From Bacteroidales bacterium (lineage in GTDB: Bacteria; Bacteroidota; Bacteroidia; Bacteroidales; G3-4614): a stretch of DNA of 64,000 nucleotides. A model generated the notes under the pieces. The model had not been told where the DNA came from and ran no database searches. It was given only the letters and a program-made list of their open reading frames with translations. A program made the position numbers and the translations under genes. Every line of letters begins with the position of its first letter. Position 1 is the first letter of the stretch. Positions 27,802 through 37,959 of the stretch are shown here, one piece after another. The stretch lies in NCBI GenBank assembly GCA_015061035.1, contig SUXK01000005.1, forward strand, positions 25,645 to 89,644. The letters are read 5' to 3'.

Positions 27802-27809
27802 CAAAGATA
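27802..27809 (-). promoter_or_regulatory. -7 box TATCTTTG for the tRNA-Gly/tRNA-Leu operon
   Basis: TAnnTTTG 11 nt upstream of tRNA-Gly. Confidence 0.75.
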
Positions 27810-27999
27810 CTCTTGTTTTTTGGATTTGCAAATAAAATGAGCAAGAATTTAATTAAAAAAATTTAATAGTCTTTTGGCTATTTGCCTATAAATATCAGGA
27901 TATTAATGGTTTAATATACTTTTGCTCTATTTGTGTTTTTACTGCTTATTGCCGATAAAACTCTAATTTTATATATTTGCATGTGATAAATCATCTATT

Positions 28000-30267
28000 A
28001 TGAGAAGAGTTGTTGCCATAATTATACTATTGTTTGTGCTAAACTTTTCGCCTAAAGCAGAGAGTTTGGTTGATTACGTTAACCCTCTTATGGGTACTGA
28101 ATCTACTTTTAGTTTCTCGCATGGTAATACCTATCCTGCTGTTGCTCTGCCTTGGGGTGTTAACTTTTGGTCGCCACAAACGGGTGAGAATCGCAATGGT
28201 TGGATGTATGCTTATACTGATTCTGTTATTAGAGGTTTTAAGCAGACGCACCAGCCAAGTCCATGGATTAACGACTATGCGGTACTCTCTGTTATGCCTT
28301 TGAGCGGAGATCTGAAGATTAATCATAAGGAGAGGGGAGTGGGCTTCTCGCACCAGAACGAGGAGGCTCATCCATACCTCTACTCTGTAACAATGGATAA
28401 TGGTGTTAAGGTTTCTCTTACTCCAACTCGCACCTCTTCTGTTATTGAGGTTGAGTATCCCTCTCTTGAAGGTCAGTATTTTGTAATTGATGCCCAGCAT
28501 GGTGGCTCAAAGGTTGAGATTGATCAGATGCGGCGCCGTGTTACTGGGTATGTGAAAAACCATAATGGTGGCGTTCCTGCAAACTTTACAAACTACTATG
28601 TTATGGAGTTCAGTCACCCGATAGCCGAAAAGGGGGTGATGATAAACGACTCTCTTTTTGCCGGTCGTAGCGTTGGTGAGCATGACAGGGTGTGTGGTTA
28701 TCTTCGTTTTATAGTTCCCGAGGGCGAAAAACTTACCGTTAAAATATCATCATCGTTTATATCGGCAGATCAGGCTCAACTCAACTTTAACAGAGAGGTA
28801 AGGGGGAAAACTTTTGAGGAGGTAAAGGGTGCTGCCATATCTGAATGGAACTCTATGCTTGGCAGAGCGGTTGTTGAGGATGATGATAGGGTGGCAAAGC
28901 AAACTTTTTATTCGTGCTTATATAGGGTGTTGCTGTTCCCCAGAGAGTTTTATGAGTATGACAGCGAGGGTAATCCCTACTATTATAGCCCCTACGATGG
29001 GGAGATTCACGAAGGGTATATGTACACCGATAACGGATTTTGGGATACTTTCAGGGCGGTTCATCCCTTGTTTACATTGCTATACCCCGAAGTGTCGGAG
29101 CGTGTTATGCAGTCGCTTGTGAATGTGTATGATGAGAGTGGTTTCTTGCCCGAATGGGCATCGCCGGGTCATCGTGGTTGTATGATTGGTAATAACTCGT
29201 TATCGTTAATTACTGATGCCTATATTAAGGGTATTAGGGGTTTTGATACGCAAAAGGCTCTTGAGGCAATGGTGCATCAGACCGAAGCACAAGGCGAGCC
29301 TTTGTCGGTTGGTCGTAACGGATATAAGGAGTACTTTGAGCTGGGATATGTGCCTTATCCTAACTACTACGAGGCAACTGCCAAGACTCTTGAATATGCA
29401 TACGCTGATTGGTGCCTTTCTATCTTTGCCTCTGCATTGGGAGAGGTAGATATTGCTTCGGACTACAAGGCTATGGCATATAACTATGAGAATGTCTTTG
29501 ATAAATCAAACGGTTTTATGCGAGGCAGAACTAAAAGTGGCGATTGGGTATTCCCCTTTGCTCCCGAAGAGTGGGGAGGGGCTTTTACCGAAGGCTCTTC
29601 GTGGCACTACACATGGAGCGTTATGCACGATGTTGAGGGGTTGTCGCAACTGATGGGAGGTCATGAGAATATGACCTTTATGCTCGACTCTATGTTTTCT
29701 GCTCCTCCTGTATATAACTACGGAACATATGGTTTTGTGATACACGAGATAGCCGAAATGGTTGCTCTTAATATGGGACAATATGCTCATGGAAACCAAC
29801 CTGTGCAACATGCTGCCTATCTCTATGACTACACCCTGTCGCCATGGAAAACCCAATACCATGTGCGTCAAATAATGGATAGACTCTATAAACCCACTCC
29901 TGACGGATATTGTGGCGATGAGGATAACGGACAAACCTCAGCGTGGTATGTGTTTAGTACTATGGGATTTTATCCCGTATGTCCGGGTAGAGCCGAGTAT
30001 GCTGTTGGCTCTCCTCTCTTTGATAAGGTTACGCTAAATCTTCCTATGGGAAAAACATTTGTTATAGAGGCAACAGATAATGCCTCAGCAAACTGTTATA
30101 TAAAGAGTGCCTCGCTTAACGGAAAGAGATACAGTAAAAACTATATATCGCATTTTGATATTACGGCTGGTGGTGAACTTAAATTTAATATGGCTGATAA
30201 ACCAAATCTAAAAAGGGGTGTCGAAATAGATGACGCACCTTCATCAATGACGCAAATTAAGAGATAG
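28000..30267 (+). CDS. GH92 family alpha-mannosidase
   Basis: YVNPLMGT, GNTYPAV..PWG, THQPSPWINDY, GFWDTFR, TLEYAYADW, GDEDNGQTSAWYVF. Confidence 0.95.
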   Translation: MRRVVAIIILLFVLNFSPKAESLVDYVNPLMGTESTFSFSHGNTYPAVALPWGVNFWSPQTGENRNGWMYAYTDSVIRGFKQTHQPSPWINDYAVLSVMPLSGDLKINHKERGVGFSHQNEEAHPYLYSVTMDNGVKVSLTPTRTSSVIEVEYPSLEGQYFVIDAQHGGSKVEIDQMRRRVTGYVKNHNGGVPANFTNYYVMEFSHPIAEKGVMINDSLFAGRSVGEHDRVCGYLRFIVPEGEKLTVKISSSFISADQAQLNFNREVRGKTFEEVKGAAISEWNSMLGRAVVEDDDRVAKQTFYSCLYRVLLFPREFYEYDSEGNPYYYSPYDGEIHEGYMYTDNGFWDTFRAVHPLFTLLYPEVSERVMQSLVNVYDESGFLPEWASPGHRGCMIGNNSLSLITDAYIKGIRGFDTQKALEAMVHQTEAQGEPLSVGRNGYKEYFELGYVPYPNYYEATAKTLEYAYADWCLSIFASALGEVDIASDYKAMAYNYENVFDKSNGFMRGRTKSGDWVFPFAPEEWGGAFTEGSSWHYTWSVMHDVEGLSQLMGGHENMTFMLDSMFSAPPVYNYGTYGFVIHEIAEMVALNMGQYAHGNQPVQHAAYLYDYTLSPWKTQYHVRQIMDRLYKPTPDGYCGDEDNGQTSAWYVFSTMGFYPVCPGRAEYAVGSPLFDKVTLNLPMGKTFVIEATDNASANCYIKSASLNGKRYSKNYISHFDITAGGELKFNMADKPNLKRGVEIDDAPSSMTQIKR

Positions 30268-30275
30268 AACGAGAT

Positions 30276-30992
30276 ATGAAAAGATTGACATTTTTTGCAA
30301 TGCTACTATTGGCAGTAGCAACTCAAACAGTAACGGCTCAACAACTAAAATCAATAACCTCTCCCGGCGGAAGGGTTGAGGTAACAGTGTTTTCTTCTAC
30401 TTGGGGAATTCCCGGTTACTCAGTCCAGATTGATGGTGATACGCTTATAAACGATTCGCAATTGGGATTGCGTTATAGTGGGTCAGAGATTACAGGTCAC
30501 TCAATAGAGAGGGTGAACTATAAATGGGAACGCACCGATTCGCTTACTCAAACCAAGTATAACGAGATGACTGTATCTTTTAATCAACCCTATAAAGGTG
30601 TGGTTAAAGCGTGTGTAAGAGCATATGATAATGGCTTTGCTATTAGTCAGACATATAGTTTGGAGGGTGCCGAAAAGACTTTCTTGCAAGATGATAATAC
30701 AACAATCTATTTTGCTCCAAAAGCAGAGATGGTTAGTGGGGAGAGTGTTATACCTGTTGACTCTGTAAAATCGCAACCTCTGCCTATTGATGTAAAACTT
30801 GAAGACGGAAGAGTGGTAACTATCTCGGCAGGTAGTTTAAAGGGTTATCCTCAAATGGAGATTAATGCCTACCCTGAAGTGGCCAACATGCTACAAGTTG
30901 ATTTAAAACCTATGTATGAGGGTAACGATATTATAATGGCAGTTCTGCCCGCAACATTCTCTACCCCATTTATCAGGTTTGAAGTGAAATAA
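30276..30992 (+). CDS. Secreted protein resembling the GH97 N-terminal domain only
   Basis: ITSPGGRVEV, YSVQIDG..LINDSQLGL, YNEMTVSF, VRAYDNGFA, TFSTPFR; no catalytic barrel follows. Confidence 0.7.
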   Translation: MKRLTFFAMLLLAVATQTVTAQQLKSITSPGGRVEVTVFSSTWGIPGYSVQIDGDTLINDSQLGLRYSGSEITGHSIERVNYKWERTDSLTQTKYNEMTVSFNQPYKGVVKACVRAYDNGFAISQTYSLEGAEKTFLQDDNTTIYFAPKAEMVSGESVIPVDSVKSQPLPIDVKLEDGRVVTISAGSLKGYPQMEINAYPEVANMLQVDLKPMYEGNDIIMAVLPATFSTPFIRFEVK

Positions 30993-31027
30993 GAGTTGTT
31001 GGTTAACTAACAACTAAAATCTAAAAT

Positions 31028-33499
31028 CTACTCTTTAAAATATACTCTCTTAACTCTTGCCGAAACGGAGGTGAGAACTTCGTAGGGGATAGTGTCTAAT
31101 TTTTGGGCAATATCCTCAACTTTTATATTCTCGCCAAATACCTCAACAGTATCGCCTTCGGCACATTCAATATCGGTAACGTCAATCATAGTGACATCCA
31201 TACATACGTTGCCTACAATGGGGGCAAGTTTGCCATTAACCCACATTGCTCCACCTCCGTTGCCAAGGTGGCGGTTAAGACCATCGGCATAACCAATGGG
31301 TACTGCTGCTATTCGTGACTTTTTGTTTAGCACTCCACGTCTTCCGTAGCCTACTGTCTCTGCCGAAGTGAGTTCTTTAATTTGTAATATTGTAGTTTTT
31401 AATGCCGATACACTTTTTAGTCCCTTAACCGAGGGGTGTGGGGCAATGCCATACAACCCTATTCCAAGCCTTACCCCTTCAAATTGATATTGTGTATATC
31501 TTGATATTCCTGCTGTGTTGAGTATGTGACGGAATATGGGTTTGCCTATTCCCATTTGAAGCGACTCGGCACAACGGCTGAATGTCTCAATCTGCATTTC
31601 GGTATAGTAGTCAAGACTGTCATCATCGCTACCTGCAAGGTGCGAAAAAACTGAACATGGGGTTAACTCCTTATTTATTGTAAGGTTCTTTATCAGTTTG
31701 GGCATATCCTGAATGGTGAAACCTAAACGGTGCATGCCACTATCAATTTTTATATGTATTGGAAAATTGGTAATGCCCTGAGAACTTGCAGATTTTGTTA
31801 AAGCCTCTAATAACCTGAAATTATATACTTCGGGTTCAAGATTGTATTTGAAAAGGGTGTCAAATGTTCCCATTTCGGGATTCATAACTATAATGGGCAT
31901 AGTGATTCCAGCCTTGCGTAACTCCGCTCCCTCATCGGCAACAGCCACTGCCACATAACTGCATCCTGCATCTTGTAGCGTTTTTGTGAGTTCATACGAT
32001 CCTGCTCCATAACCAAATGCCTTTACCATACATATAACTTTTGTGGCGGGTAGTAACTTTTGCTTATAGTAGTTGTAGTTGTGTCGTATGGCATCGAGGT
32101 TTACCTCTAATATTGTTTCGTGTTGTTTAAGTGAGAGGTTGTCTGTTATCTCATCAAAGTTGAATTTTCTTGCACCTTTCACAAGTATCAACTCGTTGTT
32201 GAAATGGTCTGCCATTCCCGAAGAGATGAACTCTGCCGTACTCCTGTAAAAGGTACTGCCTTCAGGAAACAGTCTCTTGTTTTCTGTTAATCGCTCTCCT
32301 ATACCAACAAATTTATCAACGCCCTTCTCCTTTAAGAGTTGTGCAATTTTTGTGTATAGTTCAACTTCGTTGGATGAAGATTGAAGTATGTCTGATAGTA
32401 TTAATCTTCGCTGTCCGCCATCTAAGATGGAACGGCGAGAAAGAAAATCAAGGGCAATCTCCAATGAGTTTATATCGGAGTTGTATGTGTCGTTTATTAT
32501 TGTGCAGTTGTTTTTTCCCTCTTTAACCTCCAACCGCATTGCAACTGGCTCTATGTTTAACAGACGTTTTGCTGCCTCTTGGGGCGTGATGTTAAAGCAG
32601 AAAAGCATTGCGCAAAGAGTGTGAATGGCATTCTCTATTGAGCCATCCTCTATGAAAGGTATCTTAAAACTCTCCTCTTTTCCATTATATATATACGTAA
32701 CCAATGCTACGTTGTCTGATTTTGAAATCTCTTTTACGTATAGGGGTGCAGATGTGTTGCTGTCTGACCACCCAATTAACTCTCTGTCTGCATATAGGCT
32801 CTCAATAGCCTCTTTGATATTGTTTTGTGAGGCATTGTATATTATGGTTTTTGACTCTTTAAAGAGTTTTAGTTTCTCGTTTAACTTCTCGCTGACCGAT
32901 TTGAATCCCTCTTGGTGAGCATCGCCTATGCAGGTAAAAATTCCAATGGACGGAGAGATTACCTCGCTTAAAGCCTCCATCTCTCCCACTTGAGATATTC
33001 CTGCCTCAAATATAGCAAGTGTTGTGCGTTGCTCTAACTCCCATACCGAAAGCGGAACTCCAATTTGCGAGTTGTAACTGCGAGGTGAACGTGTTATAAA
33101 AAAGTTGGGCTGGAGTAACTGGTTTAACCACTCTTTAACGATGGTCTTGCCATTACTGCCTGTTATTCCTATTACAGGCATCTTAAATCTCTTTCGGTGA
33201 GCAGATGCTATTTTTTGTAGGGCCTTTACGCTATTCTTTACCTTAATTATATTAACTCCTTTAAATGTTGAAAATATAGGTAACTCTTGCTCTACAACAA
33301 AGTTGCGAACACCTTTTTTGTAGAGTTCCTCAATAAACTTGTGTCCATCATTGGTCTTGCTCTTAATTGCAAAAAAGAGTGTGTTGGACGGTGACTTGAT
33401 TGAACGGCTGTCTGTTAGTAGTAACGATATGTTGAGTTCCTCAAAAGGAACATCGTTACAAGCCAGTAAGGCGGTAATATCTTTTATGGAGTATTCCAT
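31028..33499 (-). CDS. alr: Bifunctional MurF-like ligase / alanine racemase
   Basis: N-terminal TDSR, GITGSNGKT, SYNSQIGVP, INDTYNS; C-terminal MVKAFGYGAG, KIDSGMHRLG, IGYADG, GNVCMD, TIPYE. Confidence 0.95.
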   Translation of the reverse strand: MEYSIKDITALLACNDVPFEELNISLLLTDSRSIKSPSNTLFFAIKSKTNDGHKFIEELYKKGVRNFVVEQELPIFSTFKGVNIIKVKNSVKALQKIASAHRKRFKMPVIGITGSNGKTIVKEWLNQLLQPNFFITRSPRSYNSQIGVPLSVWELEQRTTLAIFEAGISQVGEMEALSEVISPSIGIFTCIGDAHQEGFKSVSEKLNEKLKLFKESKTIIYNASQNNIKEAIESLYADRELIGWSDSNTSAPLYVKEISKSDNVALVTYIYNGKEESFKIPFIEDGSIENAIHTLCAMLFCFNITPQEAAKRLLNIEPVAMRLEVKEGKNNCTIINDTYNSDINSLEIALDFLSRRSILDGGQRRLILSDILQSSSNEVELYTKIAQLLKEKGVDKFVGIGERLTENKRLFPEGSTFYRSTAEFISSGMADHFNNELILVKGARKFNFDEITDNLSLKQHETILEVNLDAIRHNYNYYKQKLLPATKVICMVKAFGYGAGSYELTKTLQDAGCSYVAVAVADEGAELRKAGITMPIIVMNPEMGTFDTLFKYNLEPEVYNFRLLEALTKSASSQGITNFPIHIKIDSGMHRLGFTIQDMPKLIKNLTINKELTPCSVFSHLAGSDDDSLDYYTEMQIETFSRCAESLQMGIGKPIFRHILNTAGISRYTQYQFEGVRLGIGLYGIAPHPSVKGLKSVSALKTTILQIKELTSAETVGYGRRGVLNKKSRIAAVPIGYADGLNRHLGNGGGAMWVNGKLAPIVGNVCMDVTMIDVTDIECAEGDTVEVFGENIKVEDIAQKLDTIPYEVLTSVSARVKRVYFKE

Positions 33500-33505
33500 C
33501 TGTTT

Positions 33506-34498
33506 TTATAGGTTGTTTATTTTATTCTTAATATCTTCAATCTCTTGCTCAATATTAATGTGCTTATATTTGCAGGCAAAAGATGTGGCATTTCTTAAAA
33601 GGGTGTTTAAAAAGGTTTTGTACCCTTCGGTGTCGGCACTCATAAGACGGTGGCTGATACCTTGACGTATCTTGCTCCACTCCTTAATAATATTAACAGA
33701 GTTGAGGGTAATAACTTCATCCTCAAATTTTTCCCATATATATTCAACCGCCTTTTTAGAGGGGTGTGCCATGTCATCGGCATAGAAACGATAATCACGA
33801 AGTTCGTCAAGGAGAACCTCGTAGGTTGGTAAATATGATACCCTCTCCTTGAATATGTTTTGTAACTCTTCACAAGCAAGAAGTAGAGTGCTTTTGCTTA
33901 ATGAGTTTTCGTGAATACCATCTTTAAGGTGTCTGATGGGGCTTACCGTCACTACTGCTTTAATATTAGGATTAATAGTAAAAAGGTTCTCAAGAGTTGC
34001 TGAGATGCACTCAACAATCTCCTCAACAGAGACTCTTCTCCTTAAAAAGTTTTTAGCAGGGAGTTTATGACAATTGGCAACAACCTTGCCACTTTCGGCT
34101 GCTTCATATACCCATGCAGTGCCAAAAGTGATGAACAGATAGTTGGCACTCTTTAGGTGTTGGGAACTCTCAGCCAAACTGCTGTTTATTGATTGCAGCA
34201 TATACTCCTTATTGGTATGGGAAAATGCTGAGTGGTGAGAGAAACTGTGGTAAAGATTGCCGCTTTTAAACAACTCTCCCTCCTGAAAGGGGGTGTTGAC
34301 TATTGCTCTGTTTATTGCCTCTGCTATTGATAGTGGATTGTAGAGAACACCAAAAGGGTTTACAAGAGTATTAAATTTACTCGCTTTAAACATTGCTCCA
34401 ATCTCATCGGCAAAACATGAGCCGAAGAAAATTAGAGAATGAGAGTGGTTTAATCTCTCTCCCTGCCAATCAAGAGAAACTTTTGTTCTAAAATCCAT
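33506..34498 (-). CDS. GSCFA domain protein (SGNH-like)
   Basis: FFGSCFA, NPFGVLYNP, VANCHKLP, TVSPIRHLKDG, DELRDYRFYADDMAHP. Confidence 0.93.
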   Translation of the reverse strand: MDFRTKVSLDWQGERLNHSHSLIFFGSCFADEIGAMFKASKFNTLVNPFGVLYNPLSIAEAINRAIVNTPFQEGELFKSGNLYHSFSHHSAFSHTNKEYMLQSINSSLAESSQHLKSANYLFITFGTAWVYEAAESGKVVANCHKLPAKNFLRRRVSVEEIVECISATLENLFTINPNIKAVVTVSPIRHLKDGIHENSLSKSTLLLACEELQNIFKERVSYLPTYEVLLDELRDYRFYADDMAHPSKKAVEYIWEKFEDEVITLNSVNIIKEWSKIRQGISHRLMSADTEGYKTFLNTLLRNATSFACKYKHINIEQEIEDIKNKINNL

Positions 34499-34583
34499 AT
34501 TGCAAAATTATAAAAATAATTTATTAAAAATTACACCATAATAACTTTTTAAAGTAACTTTGCCAACGTAAATAAAAATAAAG

Positions 34584-35162
34584 ATGAAAAACATAATTCT
34601 CATATCTTTGTGGTTTACAATGTTGATGCTATCTCTCTCGTGTCAAAGATTAAACGATTCACGTCTTTCGCATCCCGTACAACGTGACTCCTCTTTGATA
34701 TTTGATTTGGATAGTATGCTTTTGATAGAAGATTTTGAGAAGGGATACGTCACTATGGCAGATATGCCCCCCTTTAATAGTTATTCGATAGTGGGAAGCA
34801 TGGCGTATGCTAAGGATTATAACATTGATATTTTTATGATACCTGAGAACGACTCGGCATATATAGTAATGTCGGAGATGTTTAATAAGGACAAAGAGGG
34901 CAATATGCTTTGGCGATTGGTTGATTCAGTGAAAATATACTACCCCATCGGCTCTTCAATTGGATGGCCGGGCTCAGTTGTAAGGGGTGGTGTCATAGAC
35001 TATAACCTAATGGCTCTGATGCCCGATGATAAAGATTGGATTGATACCGAGGTGTACGATGCCCTTTTAGGTGTGTGGAGTTTAGATGCCCAAGAAAAAA
35101 CTATCACACCACTGCCTGTTGAGAATATCTCATGTATTAATGAGTCGTATGGGGTTTATTAG
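34584..35162 (+). CDS. Hypothetical lipoprotein
   Basis: Lipobox SLSC; TAACTTTG box at 34555-34562. Confidence 0.75.
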   Translation: MKNIILISLWFTMLMLSLSCQRLNDSRLSHPVQRDSSLIFDLDSMLLIEDFEKGYVTMADMPPFNSYSIVGSMAYAKDYNIDIFMIPENDSAYIVMSEMFNKDKEGNMLWRLVDSVKIYYPIGSSIGWPGSVVRGGVIDYNLMALMPDDKDWIDTEVYDALLGVWSLDAQEKTITPLPVENISCINESYGVY

Positions 35163-35375
35163 TTTTTTTTGTTTCGCAAACTTAACCGCCCTATGGGTGG
35201 TTTTTAGATAAAGAATGGTTGTGGGTAACCATTCTTTGTTTATTATAAGACAATTAGGGTGGCGTAGTCAACAAATAAAAAATCTTTAGCAAATTTCTTC
35301 TTGTTTTTTGCTTTTTCTTAAAAAACATGTATCTTGCAAACGAAATTATACTAACCTATAAAAAAGGAGGCTGTT

Positions 35376-36497
35376 ATGAAAAAGATTTTTACTCTATTAG
35401 TAATGCTAATATCTCTAATGCTTTCAATGCCATTGGTAAACGCTAATGAGGTTGAACCTCGTGGAATATATTTAGAAGAATCTGCCTTTGGAATCCCTGC
35501 CGAGCAATTAAACTTTAATAATCAAACACCATTCACTTTTTCTTTTTGGGTAAATATAAAAGAGTTTAATCATAATACACAGGGAACGCAATTTCTTAAT
35601 ATAAGAAACCCCAACATTAATGATAATATGGATAAAGGAGGGGGTTACCCGCTATGTGATTGGGGGTATCTTTTTTCGACTATTCAAGAATATGGAGTAG
35701 ATGATTATGGTGGGATTTGGAAAGATAATGAACTATTAGTTTCTGTGAGAGAGCAAACCGCATCTTCTTCATCGCCCTTTGTAAGAGAGAAAACTTTTAA
35801 ATTTAGTTCAGGTAAGTGGTTTTTTGTTACATTTCAGCAGTACTATACCGATAAACCACAAATGAAACTTTATGTAAACGGAGATGAAATTTTGAAATTT
35901 ACCTCGGAATCTATTCTGATGGATTGGTATAAAGAATATATAATAATGATAGGAGGTCATGCAAAATATCGTTCTCCATTAAATGCATATATTGATAAAG
36001 TACAGTTTTACAATAAAGCGTTATCACAATCCGAGATAGGAGAGAGTATGTATGATCCTTTGTTAATCGATGACTCATTACTTGGTTATTGGGATTTTGA
36101 AAATGGTTGTACAACCGATTCTGAGGGGTATATTATAGCAGATAATGGTACGATAAAAGCAACAATGTATAAAATCTTACAACAAAATGACATATCAATT
36201 GGTACAGAAATACAACCTTTTACATTTGGAGAAGGAGTAAATCCCGAATCAGTTTTGCAAGGAGTGGAAGAGAGGACCACAGATGAGAGCAACACCAAAG
36301 CATACGTTTCAAATAGCGTGTTGTATATAGAGAATGCTGAAGGTATCAACTCAGTAGAGATATATGATACAACAGGCAAAATAATAACCTCAGGAACATA
36401 CAGTAACGCTTCACTTCAAATTCCATTACCCACAACCCTTAAAGGAGTGGTAATGGTTAAGGTAAACAATGAGGTTGTAAAGGTGATTTGTGAATAG
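35376..36497 (+). CDS. LamG/concanavalin A-like domain protein with T9SS CTD
   Basis: FTFSFWVN, KWFFVTF, MKLYVNG, IDKVQFYNKALSQSEI, LLGYWDFE; CTD VEIYDTTGK...GVVMVKVN..VVKVI; SD AGGAGG. Confidence 0.85.
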   Translation: MKKIFTLLVMLISLMLSMPLVNANEVEPRGIYLEESAFGIPAEQLNFNNQTPFTFSFWVNIKEFNHNTQGTQFLNIRNPNINDNMDKGGGYPLCDWGYLFSTIQEYGVDDYGGIWKDNELLVSVREQTASSSSPFVREKTFKFSSGKWFFVTFQQYYTDKPQMKLYVNGDEILKFTSESILMDWYKEYIIMIGGHAKYRSPLNAYIDKVQFYNKALSQSEIGESMYDPLLIDDSLLGYWDFENGCTTDSEGYIIADNGTIKATMYKILQQNDISIGTEIQPFTFGEGVNPESVLQGVEERTTDESNTKAYVSNSVLYIENAEGINSVEIYDTTGKIITSGTYSNASLQIPLPTTLKGVVMVKVNNEVVKVICE

Positions 36498-36507
36498 TTA
36501 AATAGAT

Positions 36508-36585
36508 ATGACAATAGAGGGAGAACAAAAAATAGATATAGAACAAGGAGCAATATTCAATCTAATAAATGGAACAATAAAATAG
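36508..36585 (+). pseudogene. Probable 3'-end remnant of a lost gene
   Basis: Frame reads (ID)MTIEGEQKIDIEQGAIFNLINGTIK-stop, 29 nt before the next ATG; resembles C-termini of Bacteroidota secreted proteins. Confidence 0.4.
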
Positions 36586-36614
36586 ATTATATAAACTTCA
36601 AATATATTAAGATT

Positions 36615-37625
36615 ATGAAACGAATAGCAAGAATAATTAGTAAGTTAGTTTTATTAACACTGCTAATATTAACCTCAAATATCTCTATATATGCCCAAAC
36701 AGAAGAAAATATAACCCTACCCGAAGTATTTCCTAATGAAGATGCGGTTTGGGTTATATTAGTAACACAAACAGAGAATAATCCAAGGGATGTATTTGAG
36801 CCTTATTACAAAGAAACTACTTATAGGACCTCCTATTATTTATTAGGGGATACAATCATAGAAAATAAAAAATATTCAAAATTATATTTTATATATGGAG
36901 AATTAGATTCTTTAAAGGTAAAATCTTGCAACTTTTATACCGAAAATCAGTTATATGTAGGAGCAATAAGAGTTGAGGGAGAGCAAGTGTATTTACGACC
37001 TCATGAGGTGATATATTGTATAGCAGAAGATTGGATGTGTCCCCATATTGACTGTATTGAAGAGGATGGTTATCCTTGGTATAAAGATGAAAATATAGAT
37101 TATACTCTATTTGGAGAAGATGTTCTTATGTACGATTTTAGTGTTGAGGAATCAGAACGTTTATATATTGATAATTATCACACAAATTATAACATAGAAT
37201 GTCACCATTTTCTCGCAACTGGAATAATAAAAGGTTCTAAATATGCACATCCATGGATAAAAGGGATAGGTTCAACAGGAGGGTTATGGTTTAATTTTGA
37301 TTATACCCCTATGTCAGGATATGGGGTTAGAAGAGGTTTAAAATCTTTCCACTATAAAGGCAAACAATTTTACCCTACTGAAGAATCAGGAATTAACGAG
37401 AGTATCGCAGAGGAGAACATCACCAAAGCATACGTATCTGATGGGGTATTGTATATTGAGAGTGCCGAAGATATAAACTCGGTTACGGTTTATGATGCAA
37501 TGGGAAGAATAATAACTTCAGGAACATACAGTAACGCTTTACTTCAAATTCCATTACCCACAACCCTTAAAGGAGTGGTAATGGTTAAGGTTGACAACTG
37601 TGTTGTGAAGGTTATTTGCAATTAG
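36615..37625 (+). CDS. Secreted protein with T9SS type A CTD
   Basis: Signal peptide; GDTIIENKKYSKL, GAIRVEGEQVY, LMYDFS, WIKGIGSTGGL motifs; CTD nearly identical to the upstream gene. Confidence 0.85.
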   Translation: MKRIARIISKLVLLTLLILTSNISIYAQTEENITLPEVFPNEDAVWVILVTQTENNPRDVFEPYYKETTYRTSYYLLGDTIIENKKYSKLYFIYGELDSLKVKSCNFYTENQLYVGAIRVEGEQVYLRPHEVIYCIAEDWMCPHIDCIEEDGYPWYKDENIDYTLFGEDVLMYDFSVEESERLYIDNYHTNYNIECHHFLATGIIKGSKYAHPWIKGIGSTGGLWFNFDYTPMSGYGVRRGLKSFHYKGKQFYPTEESGINESIAEENITKAYVSDGVLYIESAEDINSVTVYDAMGRIITSGTYSNALLQIPLPTTLKGVVMVKVDNCVVKVICN

Positions 37626-37642
37626 TCATCAATCCACCATAT

Positions 37643-37682
37643 AAAAAATGAGGTAAGGCTTAAAAGGCTTTACCTCTTTTTT
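37643..37682 (+). terminator. Intrinsic terminator
   Basis: GAGGTAAGGC..GCTTTACCTC followed by T6. Confidence 0.7.
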
Positions 37683-37784
37683 GTAAACTGAATTTTGATA
37701 CATCTAAAAATAAGTTCTTTTATTTTTCATCTTGATTTTACACTTACTCTTTGAAATTGCCTCACTAAAAAACTTCCTGAAAAA

Positions 37785-37816
37785 TTTGTGTAATTGCCAA
37801 AAAAATAGTACTTTTG
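37785..37816 (+). promoter_or_regulatory. Sigma-A promoter of the str operon
   Basis: TTTG (37785-37788), 20-nt spacer, TACTTTTG (37809-37816). Confidence 0.75.
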
Positions 37817-37959
37817 CGAAGTTTTTAGCGCCAAAAAGTATGCGTATCTCATTATATGGTATTGAGTTACAAATGATTAGAACGTATATTTCGAGTAATG
37901 AAAACGAGAAGAATTAATTAATATAAGTATAAACAAAACTATTAAAAAAGTTCTAAAAA

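Noticed and set aside
27605-27844. 79-aa ORF on the minus strand
   Set aside because: It overlaps tRNA-Gly and tRNA-Leu; spurious
28000-35200. Apparent G/T-rich plus strand versus A/C-rich flanks, suggesting an inversion
   Set aside because: Impression by eye only and inconsistent elsewhere (e.g. 56.1-57 kb); needs a computed skew profile
37732-37917. 61-aa ORF upstream of rpsL
   Set aside because: TTG start, spans the str promoter, no protein features
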